DNA from: Eledone cirrhosa
Taxonomy: Eukaryota
Direction of reading: 5' to 3'
Length of the DNA stretch: 64,000 nt
NCBI GenBank assembly: GCA_964016885.1
Contig: OZ024741.1
Location: 28,334,001 to 28,398,000, forward strand
The notes beneath the pieces were generated by a model. It saw only the letters and a list, made by a program, of their open reading frames with translations, did not search any database and was not told the DNA's origin. How positions within the stretch are numbered: the stretch's first letter is position 1; each line of letters opens with the position of its first letter. The position numbers and the translations under genes are program-made. This document shows, one piece after another, positions 30,201-45,700 of this stretch.

Positions 30201-33200
30201 ACTACAGTGTAGGTTATTGGTAGATAACTGGTACATATAGAGATATAACTACACATAGATACTGTCAGTGGTACTACAGTGTAGGTTATTGGTAGATAAC
30301 TGGTATATATAGGGATATAACTACACATAGATACTGACAGTGGTACTACAGTGTAGGTTATTGGTAGATAACTGGTATATATATATATGGATATAACTAC
30401 ATATAGATACTGTCAGTGGTACTACAGTCTAGGTTATTGGTAGATAACTGGTATATATAGGGATATAACTACATATAGATACTGTCAGTGGCACTACAGT
30501 GTAGGTTATTGGAAGATAACTGGTATATATAGGGATATAACTACATATAGATACTGACAGTGGTACTACAGTGTAGGTTATTGGTAGATAACTGGTATAT
30601 ATAGGGACATAAATACATATAGATACTGTCTGTGGTACTACAGTCTAGGTTATTGGTAGATAACTGGTATATATAGGGATATAACTACAAATTGATACTG
30701 TCAGTGGTACTACAGTGTAGGTTATTGGTAGAGAACTGGTATATATAGGGATATAACTACATAGATATACTGTCAGTGGTACTACAGTGTAGGTTATTGG
30801 TATATAACTGGTATATATAGGGATATAACTACACATAGATACTGTCAGTGGTACTACAGTGTAGGTTATTGGTAGATAACTGGTATATATAGGGATATAA
30901 CTACACATAGATACTGTCAGTGGTACTACAGTGTAGGATATTGGTATATAACTGGAATATATAGGGATATAACTACACATAGATACTGTCAGTGGTACTA
31001 CAGTGTAGGTTATTGGTATATAACTGGTATATATAGGATTATAACTACATATAGATACTGTCAGTGGTACTATAGTGTAGGTTATTGGTAGATAACTGGT
31101 ATATATCTGGATATAACTACATATAGATACTGTCAGTGGTACTACAGTGTAGGTTATTGGTAGATAACTGGTATATATAGGGATATTACTACATATAGAT
31201 ACTGTCAGTGGTACTACAGTGTAGGTTATTGGTATATAACTAGTATATATAGGGATATAACTACACATAGATACTGACAGTGGTACTATAATGTAGGTAA
31301 TTGGTATATAACTGGTATATATAGGGATATAACTACATATAGATACTGTCAGTGGTACTACAGTGTAGGTTATTGGTAGATAACTGGTATATATAGGGAT
31401 ATAACTACACATAGATACTGTCAGTCTTACTAGAGTGTAGGTTATTGGTAGATAACTGGTATATATAAGGATATAACTACACATAGATACTGTCAGTGGT
31501 ACTATAGTGTAGGTTATTGGTAGATCACTGGTATATATAGGGATATAACTACACATAGATACTGTCAGTGGTAGTACAGTGTAGGTTATTGGTATATAAC
31601 TGGTATATATAGTGATATAACTACATATAGATACTGTCAGTGGTACTACAGTGTAGGTTATTGGTATATAACTGGTATATATAGAGATATAACTACATAT
31701 ACAGATACTGTCAGTCTTACTACAGTGTAGTTTATTGGTAGATAACTGGTATATATAGGGATATAACTACATATAGATACTGTCAGTGGTACTACAGTGT
31801 AGGTTATTGGTATATAACTGGTATATATAGGGATATAACTACATACAGATACTGTCAGTGGTACTACAGTGTAGGTTATTGGTATATAACTGGTATATAT
31901 AGGGATATAACTACATATACAGGTACTCTCAGTCTTACTACAGTGTAGGTTATTGGTATATAACTGATATATATAGAGATATAACTACATATACAGATAC
32001 TGTCAGTCTTACTACAGTGTAGGTTATTGGTAGATAACTGGTATATATAGGGATATAACTACATATAGATACTGTCAGTGGTACTATAGTGTAGGTTATT
32101 GGTATATAACTGGTATATATAGGGATATAACTACATATAGATACTGTCAGTGGTACTACAGTGTAGGTTATTGGTATATAACTGGTATATATAGGGATAT
32201 AACTACATATACAGATACTGTCAGTCTTACTACAGTGTAGGTTATTGGTAGATAACTTGTATATATAGGGATATAACTATATATAGATACTGTCAGTGGT
32301 ACTACAGTGTAGGTTATTGGTATATAACTGGTATGTATAGGGACATAACTACATATAGATACTGTCAGTGGTACTACAGTGTAGGTTATTGGTATATAAC
32401 TGGTATATATAGTGATATAACTACATACAGATACTGTCAGTGGTACTACAGTGTAGGTTATTGGTAGATAACTGGCATATATAGGGATATAACTACATAT
32501 AGATACTGTCAGTGGTATTAAAGTGTAGGTTATTGGTATATAACTGGTATATATAGGGATATAACTACATACAGATACTGTCAGTGGTACTACAGTGTAG
32601 GTTATTGGTATATAACTGGTATATATAGGGATATAACTACACATAGATACTGTCAGTGGTACTACAGTGTAGGTTATTGGTATATAACTGGTATATATAG
32701 GGATATTACTACATATAGATACTGTCAGTGGTACTACAGTGTAGGTTATTGGTAGATAACTGGTATATATAGAGATATAACTACACATAGATACTGTCAG
32801 TGGTACTACAGTGTAGGTTATTGGTAGATAACTGGTATATATAGGGATATAACTACACATAGATACTGACAGTGGTACTACAGTGTAGGTTATTGGTAGA
32901 TAACTGGTATATATATATATGGATATAACTACATATAGATACTGTCAGTGGTACTACAGTCTAGGTTATTGGTAGATAACTGGTATATATAGGGATATAA
33001 CTACATATAGATACTGTCAGTGGCACTACAGTGTAGGTTATTGGAAGATAACTGGTATATATAGGGATATAACTACATATAGATACTGACAGTGGTACTA
33101 CAGTGTAGGTTATTGGTAGATAACTGGTATATATAGGGACATAAATACATATAGATACTGTCAGTGGTACTACAGTCTAGGTTATTGGTAGATAACTGGT

Positions 33201-34419
33201 ATATATAGGGATATAACTACAAATTGATACTGTCAGTGGTACTACAGTGTAGGTTATTGGTAGAGAACTGGTATATATAGGGATATAACTACATAGATAT
33301 ACTGTCAGTGGTACTACAGTGTAGGTTATTGGTATATAACTGGTATATATAGGGATATAACTACACATAGATACTGTCAGTGGTACTACAGTGTAGGTTA
33401 TTGGTAGATAACTGGTATATATAGGGATATAACTACATAGAGATACTGTCAGTGGTACTACAGTGTAGGTTATTGGTAGATAACTGGTATATATAGGGAT
33501 ATAACTACACATAGATACTGTCAGTGGTACTACAGTGTAGGATATTGGTATATAACTGGAATATATAGGGATATAACTACACATAGATACTGTCAGTGGT
33601 ACTACAGTGTAGGTTATTGGTATATAACTGGTATATATAGGATTATAACTACATATAGATACTGTCAGTGGTACTATAGTGTAGGTTATTGGTAGATAAC
33701 TGGTATATATCTGGATATAACTACATATAGATACTGTCAGTGGTACTACAGTGTAGGTTATTGGTAGATAACTGGTATATATAGGGATATTACTACATAT
33801 AGATACTGTCAGTGGTACCACAGTGTAGGTTATTGGTATATAACTGGTATATAAAGGGATATAACTACATATAGATACTGTCAGTGGTACTACAGTGTAG
33901 GTTATTGGTATATAACTGGTATATATAGGGATATAACTACATACAGATACTGTCAGTGGTATTACAGTGTAGCTTATTCGTATATAACTGGTATATATAG
34001 GGATATAACTACATACAGATACTGTCAGTGGTACTACAGTGTAGGTTATTGGTATATAACTGGTATATATAGTGATATAACTACACATAGATACTGACAG
34101 TGGTACTACAGTGTAGGTTATTGGTAGATAACTGGTATATATAGGGATATAACTACATATAGATACTGTCAGTGGTACAACAGTGTAGGTTATTGGTATA
34201 TAACTGGTATATATAGGGATATAACTACATATAGATACTGACAGTGGTACTAGAGTGTAGGTTATTGGTATATAACTGGTATATATAGGGATATATCTCC
34301 ACATATATACTGACAGTGGTACTACAGTGTAGGTTATTGGTATATAACTGGTATATATAGGGATATAACTACACATAGATACTGTCAGTGGTACTACAGT
34401 GTAGGTTATTGGTATATAA
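17599..34419. repeat. Near-perfect tandem duplication, period 8388 bp (116 monomers), two copies
   Basis: Seven consecutive ORFs (18140, 18646, 19444, 21248, 22257, 23780, 24789) recur at exactly +8388 (26528, 27034, 27832, 29636, 30645, 32168, 33177) with identical translations. The rare variant TAAGTGG is at 17641/26029. 116x72+14x2+2x4=8388. Confidence 0.95.
21170..25430. repeat. Nested duplication, offset 2532 bp (35 monomers), inside the 8388-bp unit and repeated at ~29560-33820
   Basis: ORFs 21248/23780 and ORF ends 22257/24789 are offset by 2532. Shared rare marks are the expanded (TA)n at ~21988/24520, GGTATTAAAG, ACAAATTGAT and GGAAGATA. The second copy has one extra monomer near 25050. 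Confidence 0.87.
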
Positions 34420-37400
34420 CTGGTATATATATAGGGATATAACTACATATAGATACTGTCAGTGGTACTACAGTGTAGGTTATTGGTATATAACTGGTAT
34501 ATATAGGGATATAACTACATATACAGATACTGTCAGTCTTACTACAGTGTAGGTTATTGTATATAACTGGTATATATAGAGATATAACTACATATACAGA
34601 TAGTGTCAGTCTTACTACAGTGTAGGTTATTGTATATAACTGGTATATATAGGGATATAACTTCACATAGATACTGTCAGTCTTACTAGAGTGGAGGTTA
34701 TTGGTAGATCACTGGTATATATAGGGATATAACTACACATAGATACTGTCAGTGGTACTACAGTGTAGGTTATTGGTAGATAACTGGTATATATAGGGAT
34801 ATAACTACACATAGATACTGACAGTGGTACTACAGTGTAGGTTATTGGTATATAACAGGTATATATAGGGATATAACTACATATAGATACTGTCAGTGGT
34901 ACTATAGTGTAGGTTATTGGTATATAACTGGTATATATGGGGATATAACTACACATAGATACTGTCAGTGGTACTACAGTGTAGGTTATTGGTAGATAAC
35001 TGGTATATAGAGGGATATAACTACATAGAGATACTGTCAGTGGTACTACAGTGTAGGTTATTGGTATATAACTGGAATATATAGGGATATAACTACACAT
35101 AGATACTGTCAGTGGTACTACAGTGTAGGTTATTGGTATATAACTGGTATATATAGGATTATAACTACATATAGACACTGTCAGTGGTACTATAGTGTAG
35201 ATTATTGGTAGATAACTGGTATATATAGGGATATAACTACATATAGATACTGACAGTGGTACTACAGTGTAGGTTATTGGTAGATAACTGGTATATATAG
35301 GGATATAACTACACATAGATACTGTCAGTCTTACTAGAGTGTAGGTTATTGGTAGATAACTGGTATATATAAGGATATAACTACACATAGATTCTGTCAG
35401 TTGTACTATAGTGAAGGTTATTGGTAGATCACTGGTATATATAGGGATATAACTACACATAGATACTGTCAGTGGTACTACAGTGTAGGTTATTGGTATA
35501 TAACTGGTATATATAGGGATATAACTACATATAGATACTGTCAGTGGTACTACATTGTAGGTTATTGGTATATAACTGGAATATATAGCGATATAACTAC
35601 ACATAGATACCGTCAGTAGTACTACAGTGTAGGTTTTTGGTATATAACTGGTATATATAGGGATATAACTACATACAGATACTGTCAGTGGTACTACAGT
35701 GTAGGTTATTGGTAGATAACTGGTATATATAGGGATATAACTACATATAGATACAGTCAGTGGTATTACAGTGTAGGTTATTGCTATATAACTGGTATAT
35801 ATAGGGATATAACTACATACAGATACTGTCAGTGGTACTACAGTCTAGGTTATTGGTATATAACTGGAATATATAGGGATATAACTACACATAGATACTG
35901 TCAGTGGTACTACAGTGTAGATTATTGGTATATAACTGGTATATATAGGATTATAACTACATATAGATACAGTCAGTGGTACTATAGTGTAGGTTATTGG
36001 TATATAACTGGTATATATAGGGATATAACTACACATAGATACTGTCAGTGGTACTACAGTGTAGGTTATTGGTATATAACTGGTATATATAGGGATATAA
36101 CTACATACAGATACTGTCAGTGGTACTACAATGTAGGTTATTGGTAGATAACTGGTATCTATCTGGATATAACTATATATAGATACTGTCAGTGGTACTA
36201 CAGTGTAGGTTATTGGTAGATAACTGGTATATATAGGGATATAACTACATATAGATACTGTCAGTGGTACTACAGTGTAGGTTATTGGTAGAGAACTGGT
36301 ATATATAGGGATATAACTACATATAGATACTGACAGTGGTACTACAGTGTAGGTTATTGGTAGATAACTGGTATATATAGGATTATAACTACATATAGAT
36401 ACTGACTGTGGTACTACAGTGTAGGTTATTGGTATATAACTGGTATATATAGGGATATAACTACAAATAGATACTGACAGTGGTACAACAGTGTAGGTTA
36501 TTGGTATATAACTGGAATATATAGGGATATAACTACATATTGATACTGTCAGTGGTACTACAGTGTAGATTATTGGTATATAACTTGTATATAGGGATAT
36601 AACTATATATAGATACTGTCAGTGGTACCACAGTGTAGGTTATTGGTATATAACTGGTATATATAGGGATATAACTACATATAGATACTGTCAGTGGTAC
36701 TACAGTGTAGGTTATTGGTATATAACTGGTATATATAGGGATATAACTACATACAGATACTGTCAGTGGTACTACAGTGTAGGTTATTGGTAGATAACTG
36801 GTATATATAGGGATATAACTACATATAGATACAGTCAGTGGTATTACAGTGTAGGTTATTGCTATATAACTGGTATATATAGGGATATAACTACATACAG
36901 ATACTGTCAGTGGTACTACAGTCTAGGTTATTGGTATATAACTGGAATATATAGGGATATAACTACACATAGATACTCTCAGTGGTACTACAGTGTAGAT
37001 TATTCGTATATAACTGGTATATATAGGATTATAACTACATATAGATACAGTCAGTGGTACTATAGTGTAGGTTATTGGTATATAACTGGTATATATAGGG
37101 ATATAACTACACATAGATACTGTCAGTGGTACTACAGTGTAGGTTATTGGTATATAACTGGTATATATAGGGATATAACTACATACAGATACTGTCAGTG
37201 GTACTACAATGTAGGTTATTGGTAGATAACTGGTATCTATCTGGATATAACTATATATAGATACTGTCAGTGGTACTACAGTGTAGGTTATTGGTAGATA
37301 ACTGGTATATATAGGGATATAACTACATATAGATACTGTCAGTGGTACTACAGTGTAGGTTATTGGTAGAGAACTGGTATATATAGGGATATAACTACAT

Positions 37401-39735
37401 ATAGATACTGACAGTGGTACTACAGTGTAGGTTATTGGTAGATAACTGGTATATATAGGATTATAACTACATATAGATACTGACTGTGGTACTACAGTGT
37501 AGGTTATTGGTATATAACTGGTATATATAGGGATATAACTACAAATAGATACTGACAGTGGTACAACAGTGTAGGTTATTGGTATATAACTGGAATATAT
37601 AGGGATATAACTACATATTGATACTGTCAGTGGTACTACAGTGTAGATTATTGGTATATAACTTGTATATAGGGATATAACTATATATAGATACTGTCAG
37701 TGGTACCACAGTGTAGGTTATTGGTATATAACTGGTATATATAGGGATATAACTACATATAGATACTGTCAGTGGTACTACAGTGTAGGTTATTGGTAGA
37801 TAACTGGTATATATAGGGATATTACTACATATAGATACTGTCAGTGGTACTACAGTGTAGGTTATTGGTAGATAACTGGTATAAATAGGGATATAACTAC
37901 ATATAGATACTGACAGTGGTACTACAGTGTAGGTTATTGGTAGATAACTGGTATATATAGGGATATAACTACATATAGATACTGTCAGTGGTACTACAGT
38001 GTAGGTTATTGGTAGAGAACTGGTATATATAGGCATATAACTACAAATAGATACTGACAGTGATACTACAGTGTAGGTTATTGGTATATAACTGGAATAT
38101 ATAGGGATATAACTACATATAGATACTGTCAGTGGAACTACAGTGTAGGTTATTGGTATATAACTTGTATATATAGGGATATAACTATATATAGATACTG
38201 TCAGTGGTACCACAGTGTAGGTTATTGGTATATAACTGGTATATATAGGGATATAACTACATATAGATACTGTCAGTGGTACTACAGTGTAGGTTATTGG
38301 TATATAACTGGTATATATAGGGATATAACTACATACAGATACTGTCAGTGGTATTACAGTGTAGCTTATTCGTATATAACTGGTATATATAGGGATATAA
38401 CTACATACAGATACTGTCAGTGGTACTACAGTGTAGGTTATTGGTATATAACTGGTATATATAGTGATATAACTACACATAGATACTGACAGTGGTACTA
38501 CAGTGTAGGTTATTGGTAGATAACTGGTATATATAGGGATATAACTACATATAGATACTGTCAGTGGTACAACAGTGTAGGTTATTGGTATATAACTGGT
38601 ATATATAGGGATATAACTACATATAGATACTGACAGTGGTACTAGAGTGTAGGTTATTGGTATATAACTGGTATATATAGGGATATATCTACACATAGAT
38701 ACTGACAGTGGTACTACAGTGTAGGTTATTGGTATATAACTGGTATATATAGGGATATAACTACACATAGATACTGTCAGTGGTACTACAGTGTAGGTTA
38801 TTGGTATATAACTGGTATATATATAGGGATATAACTACATATAGATACTGTCAGTGGTACTACAGTGTAGGTTATTGGTATATAACTGGTATATATAGGG
38901 ATATAACTACATATACAGATACTGTCAGTCTTACTACAGTGTAGGTTATTGTATATAACTGGTATATATAGAGATATAACTACATATACAGATACTGTCA
39001 GTCTTACTACAGTGTAGGTTATTGTATATAACTGGTATATATAGGGATATAACTTCACATAGATACTGTCAGTCTTACTAGAGTGGAGGTTATTGGTAGA
39101 TCACTGGTATATATAGGGATATAACTACACACAGATACTGTCAGTGGTACTACAGTGTAGGTTATTGGTAGATAACTGGTATATATAGGGATATAACTAC
39201 ACATAGATACTGACAGTGGTACTACAGTGTAGGTTATTGTTATATAACAGGTATATATAGGGATATAACTACATATAGATACTGTCAGTGGTACTATAGT
39301 GTAGGTTATTGGTATATAACTGGTATATATGGGGATATAACTACACATAGATACTGTCAGTGGTACTACAGTGTAGGTTATTGGTAGATAACTGGTATAT
39401 AGAGGGATATAACTACATAGAGATACTGTCAGTGGTACTACAGTGTAGGTTATTGGTATATAACTGGAATATATAGGGATATAACTACACATAGATACTG
39501 TCAGTGGTACTACAGTGTAGGTTATTGGTATATAACTGGTATATATAGGATTATAACTACATATAGACACTGTCAGTGGTACTATAGTGTAGATTATTGG
39601 TAGATAACTGGTATATATAGGGATATAACTACATATAGATACTGACAGTGGTACTACAGTGTAGGTTATTGGTAGATAACTGGTATATATAGGGATATAA
39701 CTACACATAGATACTGTCAGTCTTACTAGAGTGTA
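33810..39735. repeat. Dispersed duplication: ~33810-35345 repeated at ~38200-39735 (offset 4392 bp)
   Basis: ORF starts 34376/38768 and ORFs 34406..34666 / 38798..39058 are offset by 4392. Shared rare variants include AGCTTATTCG, GTGGAGG, ATATGGGG and a double TTATTGTATA deletion. Confidence 0.87.
35640..37790. repeat. Tandem duplication, period 1078 bp (15 monomers, one of them 70-bp)
   Basis: ORFs 35845..36036 and 36923..37114 are offset by 1078 = 15x72-2. Both copies share GGTATCTATCTGG, ACTGACTGTG and the 2-bp-deleted ACTTGTATATAGGG (~36583/37661). Confidence 0.9.
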
Positions 39736-42700
39736 GGTTATTGGTATATAACTGGAATATATAGGGATATAACTACACATAGATACTGTCAGTGGTACTA
39801 CAGTGTAGATTATTGGTATATAACTGGTATATATAGGATTATAACTACATATAGATACAGTCAGTGGTACTATAGTGTAGGTTATTGGTATATAACTGGT
39901 ATATATAGGGATATAACTACACATAGATACTGTCAGTGGTACTACAGTGTAGGTTATTGGTATATAACTGGTATATATAGGGATATAACTACATACAGAT
40001 ACTGTCAGTGGTACTACAATGTAGGTTATTGGTAGATAACTGGTATCTATCTGGATATAACTATATATAGATACTGTCAGTGGTACTACAGTGTAGGTTA
40101 TTGGTAGAGAACTGGTATATATAGGGATATAACTACATATAGATACTGACAGTGGTACTACAGTGTAGGTTATTGGTAGATAACTGGTATATATAGGATT
40201 ATAACTACATATAGATACTGACTGTGGTACTACAGTGTAGGTTATTGGTATATAACTGGTATATATAGGGATATAACCACAAATAGATACTGACAGTGGT
40301 ACAACAGTGTAGGTTATTGGTATATAACTGGAATATATAGGGATATAACTACATATTGATACTGTCAGTGGTACTACAGTGTAGATTATTGGTATATAAC
40401 TTGTATATAGGGATATAACTATATATAGATACTGTCAGTGGTACCACAGTGTAGGTTATTGGTATATAACTGGTATATATAGGGATATAACTACATATAG
40501 ATACTGTCAGTGGTACTACAGTGTAGGTTATTGGTATATAACTGGTATATATAGGGATATAACTACATACAGATACTGTCAGTGGTACTACAGTGTAGGC
40601 TATTGGTATATAACTGGTATATATAGGGATATAACTACATATAGATACTGTCAGTGGTACTATAGTGTAGGTTATTGGTATATAACTGGTATATATAGGG
40701 ATATAACTACACATAGATATTGTCAGTGGTACAACAGTGTAGGTTATTGGTAGATAACTGGTATATATAGGGATATAACTACACATAGATATTGTCAGTC
40801 TTACTAGCGTGTAGGTTATTGGTATATCACTGGTATATATAGGGATATAACTACACATAGATACTGTCAGTGGTACTACAGTGTAGGTTATTGGTAGATA
40901 ACTGGTATATATAGGGATATAACTACACATAGATACTGACAGTGGTACTACAGTGTAGGCTATTGGTATATAACTGGTATATATAGGGATATAACTACAT
41001 ATAGATACTGTCAGTGGTACTATAGTGTAGGTTATTGGTATATAACTGGTATATATAGGGATATAACTACACATAGATATTGTCAGTGGTACAACAGTGT
41101 AGGTTATTGGTATATCAATGGTATATATAGGGATATAACTAAACATAGATACTGTCAGTGGTACTACAGTGTAGGGTATTGGTATATAACTTGTATATAT
41201 AGGGAAATAAATATATATAGATACTGTCAGTGGTACTACAGTGTAGGTTATTGGTAGATAACTGGTATATATAGGGATATAACTACACATAGTTACTGAC
41301 AGTGGTACTACAGTGTAGGTTATTGGTATATAACTGGTATATATAGGGATATAACTACATATAGATACTGTCAGTGGTACTATAGTGTAGGTTATTGGTA
41401 TATAACTGGTATATATAGTGATATAACTACAAATAGATACTGTCAGTGGTACTTCAGTGTAGGTTATTGGTAGATAACTGGTAAATATAGGGATATAACT
41501 ACACATAGATACTGTCAGTGGTACTACAGTGTAGGTTATTGGTATATAACTGGAATATATAGGGATATAACTACACATAGATACTGTCAGTGGTACTACA
41601 GTGTAGGTTATTGTTATATAACTGGTATATATAGTATTATAACTACATATAGACACTGTCAGTGGTACCATAGTGTAGGTTATTGGTATATAACTGGTAT
41701 ATATAGGGATATAACTACATATAGATACTGACAGTGGTACTACAGTGTAGGTTTTTTGTAGATAACTGGTATATATAGGGATATAACTACATAGAGATAC
41801 TGACAGAGGTACTACAGTGTTGGTTATTGGTAGATAACTGGTATATATCTGGATATAACTACATATAGATACTGTCAGTGGTACTACAGTATAGGTTATT
41901 GGTAGATAACTGGTATATATAGGGATATAACTACATATAGATACTGTCAGTGGTACTACAGTGTAGATTATTGGTAGATAACTGGTATATATAGGGATAT
42001 AACTACATATAGATACTGTCAGTGGTACTACAGTGTAGATTATTGGTAGATAACTGGTATATATAGGGATATAACTACATATAGATACTGACAGTGGTAC
42101 TACAGTGTAGGTTATTGGTAGATAACTGGTATATATAGGGATATAACTACACATAGATACTGTCAGTCTTACTAGAGTGTAGGTTATTGGTAGATAACTG
42201 GTATATATAAGGATATAACTACACATAGATTCTATCAGTGGTACTATAGTGAAGGTTATTGGTAGATCACTGGTATATATAGGGATATAACTACACATAG
42301 ATACTGTCAGTGGTACTACAGTGTAGGTTATTGGTATATAACTGGTATATATAGGGATATAACTACATATAGATACTGTCAGTGGTACTACATTGTAGGT
42401 TATTGGTATATAACTGGAATATATAGCGATATAACTACACATAGATACTGTCAGTGGTACTACAGTGTAGGTTTTTGGTATATAACTGGTATATATAGGG
42501 ATATAACTACATACAGATACTGTCAGTGGTACTACAGTGTAGGTTATTGGTAGATAACTGGTATATATAGGGATATAACTACATACAGATACTGTCAGTG
42601 GTACTACAGTCTAGGTTATTGGTATATAACTGGAATATATAGGGATATAACTACACATAGATACTGTCAGTGGTACTACAGTGTAGATTATTGGTATATA

Positions 42701-45700
42701 ACTGGTATATATAGGATTATAACTACATATAGATACAGTCAGTGGTACTATAGTGTAGGTTATTGGTATATAACTGGTATATATAGGGATATAACTACAC
42801 ATAGATACTGTCAGTGGTAATACAGTGTAGGTTATTGGTATATAACTGGTATATATAGGGATATAACTACATACAGATACTGTCAGTGGTACTACAGTGT
42901 AGGTTATTGGTAGATAACTGGTATCTAACTGGATATAACTACATATAGATACTGTCAGTGGTACTACAGTGTAGGTTATTGGTAGATAACTGGTATATAT
43001 AGGGATATAACTACATATAGATACTGTCAGTGGTACTACAGTGTAGGTTATTGGTAGAGAACTGGTATATATAGGGATATAACTACATATAGATACTGAC
43101 AGTGGTACTACAGTGTAGGTTATTGGTAGATAACTGGTATATATAGGATTATAACTACATATAGATACTGACAGTGGTACTACAGTGTAGGTTATTGGTA
43201 TATAACTGGTATATATAGGGATATAACTACAAATAGATACTGACAGTGGTACTACAGTGTAGGTTATTGGTATATAACTGGAATATATAGGGATATAACT
43301 ACATATAGATACTGTCAGTGGTACTACAGTGTAGATTATTGGTATATAACTTGTATATATAGGGATATAACTACATATAGATACTGTCAGTGGTACTACA
43401 GTGTAGGTTATTGGTATATAACTGGTATATATAGGGATATAACTACATACAGATACTGTCAGTGGTACTACAGTGTAGGTTATTGGTAGATAACTGGTAT
43501 ATATAGGGATATAACTACATATAGATACTGTCAGTGGTATTACAGTGTAGCTTATTGGTATATAACTGGTATATATAGGGATATAACTACATACAGATAC
43601 TGTCAGTGGTACTACAGTGTAGGTTATTGGTATATAACTGGTATATATAGTGATATAACTACACATAGATACTGACAGTGGTACTACAGTGTAGGTTATT
43701 GGTAGATAACTGGTATATATAGGGATATAACTACATATAGATACTGTCAGTGGTACAAATGTGTAGCTTATTGGTATATAACTGGTATATATAGGGATAT
43801 AACTACATACAGATACTGTCAGTGGTTCTACAGAGTAGGTTATTAGTATATAACTGGTATATATAGGGATATAACTCCACATAGATACTGACAGTGGTAC
43901 TACAGTGTAGTTTATTGGTATATAACTGGTATATATAGGGATATAACTACACATAGTTACTGTCAGTGGTACTACGCTGTAGGTTATTGGTTTATAACTG
44001 GTATATATAGGGATATAACTACATATAGATACTGTCAGTGGTACTACAGTGTAGGTTATTGGTATATAACTGGTATATATAGGGCTATAACTACATATAC
44101 AGATACTGTCAGTCTTACTACAGTGTAGGTTATTGTATATAACTGGTATATATAGAGATATAACTACATATACAGATACTGTCAGTCTTACTACAGTGTA
44201 GGTTATTGATAGATAACTGGTATATATAGGGATATAACTACATATAGATACTGTCAGTGGTACTACAGTGTAGGTTATTGGTAGATAACTGGTATATATA
44301 GGGATATAACTACACATAGATACTGACAGTGGTACTACAGTGTAGGCTATTGGTATATAACTGGTATATATAGGGATATAACTACATATAGATACTGTCA
44401 GTGGTACTATAGTGTAGGTTATTGGTATATAACTGGTATATATAGGGATATAACTACACATAGATATTGTCAGTGGTACAACAGTGTAGGTTATTGGTAT
44501 ATCAATGGTATATATAGGGATATAACTAAACATAGATACTGTCAGTGGTACTACAGTGTAGTGTATTGGTATATAACTTGTATATATAGGGAAATAAATA
44601 TATATAGATACTGTCAGTGGTACTACAGTGTAGGTTATTGGTAGATAACTGGTAAATATAGGGATATAACTACACATAGATACTGTCAGTGGTACTACAG
44701 TGTAGGTTATTGGTATATAACTGGAATATATAGGGATATAACTACACATAGATACTGTCAGTGGTACTACAGTGTAGGTTATTGTTATATAACTGGTATA
44801 TATAGTATTATAACTACATATAGACACTGTCAGTGGTACCATAGTGTAGGTTATTGGTATATAACTGGTATATATAGGGATATAACTACACATAGATACT
44901 GTCAGTGGTACTACAGTGTAGGTTATTGCTACATAACTGGTATATATAGGGATATAACTACATATAGATACTGACAGTGGTACTACAGTGTAGGTTTTTT
45001 GTAGATAACTGGTATATATAGGGATATAACTACATAGAGATACTGACAGAGGTACTACAGTGTAGGTTATTGGTAGATAACTGGTATATATCTGGATATA
45101 ACTACATATAGATACTGTCAGTGGTACTACAGTATAGGTTATTGGTAGATAACTGGTATATATAGGGATATAACTATATATAGATACTGTCAGTGGTACT
45201 ACAGTGTAGATTATTGGTAGATAACTGGTATATATAGGGATATAACTACATATAGATACTGACAGTGGTACTACAGTGTAGGTTATTGGTAGATAACTGG
45301 TATATATAGGGATATAACTACACATAGATACTGTCAGTCTTACTAGAGTGTAGGTTATTGGTAGATAACTGGTATATATAAGGATATAACTACACATAGA
45401 TTCTGTCAGTGGTACTATAGTGAAGGTTATTGGTAGATCACTGGTATATATAGGGATATAACTACACATAGATACTGTCAGTGGTACTACAGTGTAGGTT
45501 ATTGGTATATAACTGGTATATATAGGGATATAACTACATATAGATACTGTCAGTGGTACTACATTGTAGGTTATTGGTATATAACTGGAATATATAGCGA
45601 TATAACTACACATAGATACTGTCAGTGGTACTAGAGTGTAGGTTTTTGGTATATAACTGGTATATATAGGGATATAACTACATACAGATACTGTCAGTGG

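Noticed and set aside
34406-39058. Distinct-looking 86-aa ORFs (MKLYPYIYQLY...) at 34406 and 38798
   Set aside because: They are the same monomer read through alternative frames across 1-2 bp indels, not unique sequence.
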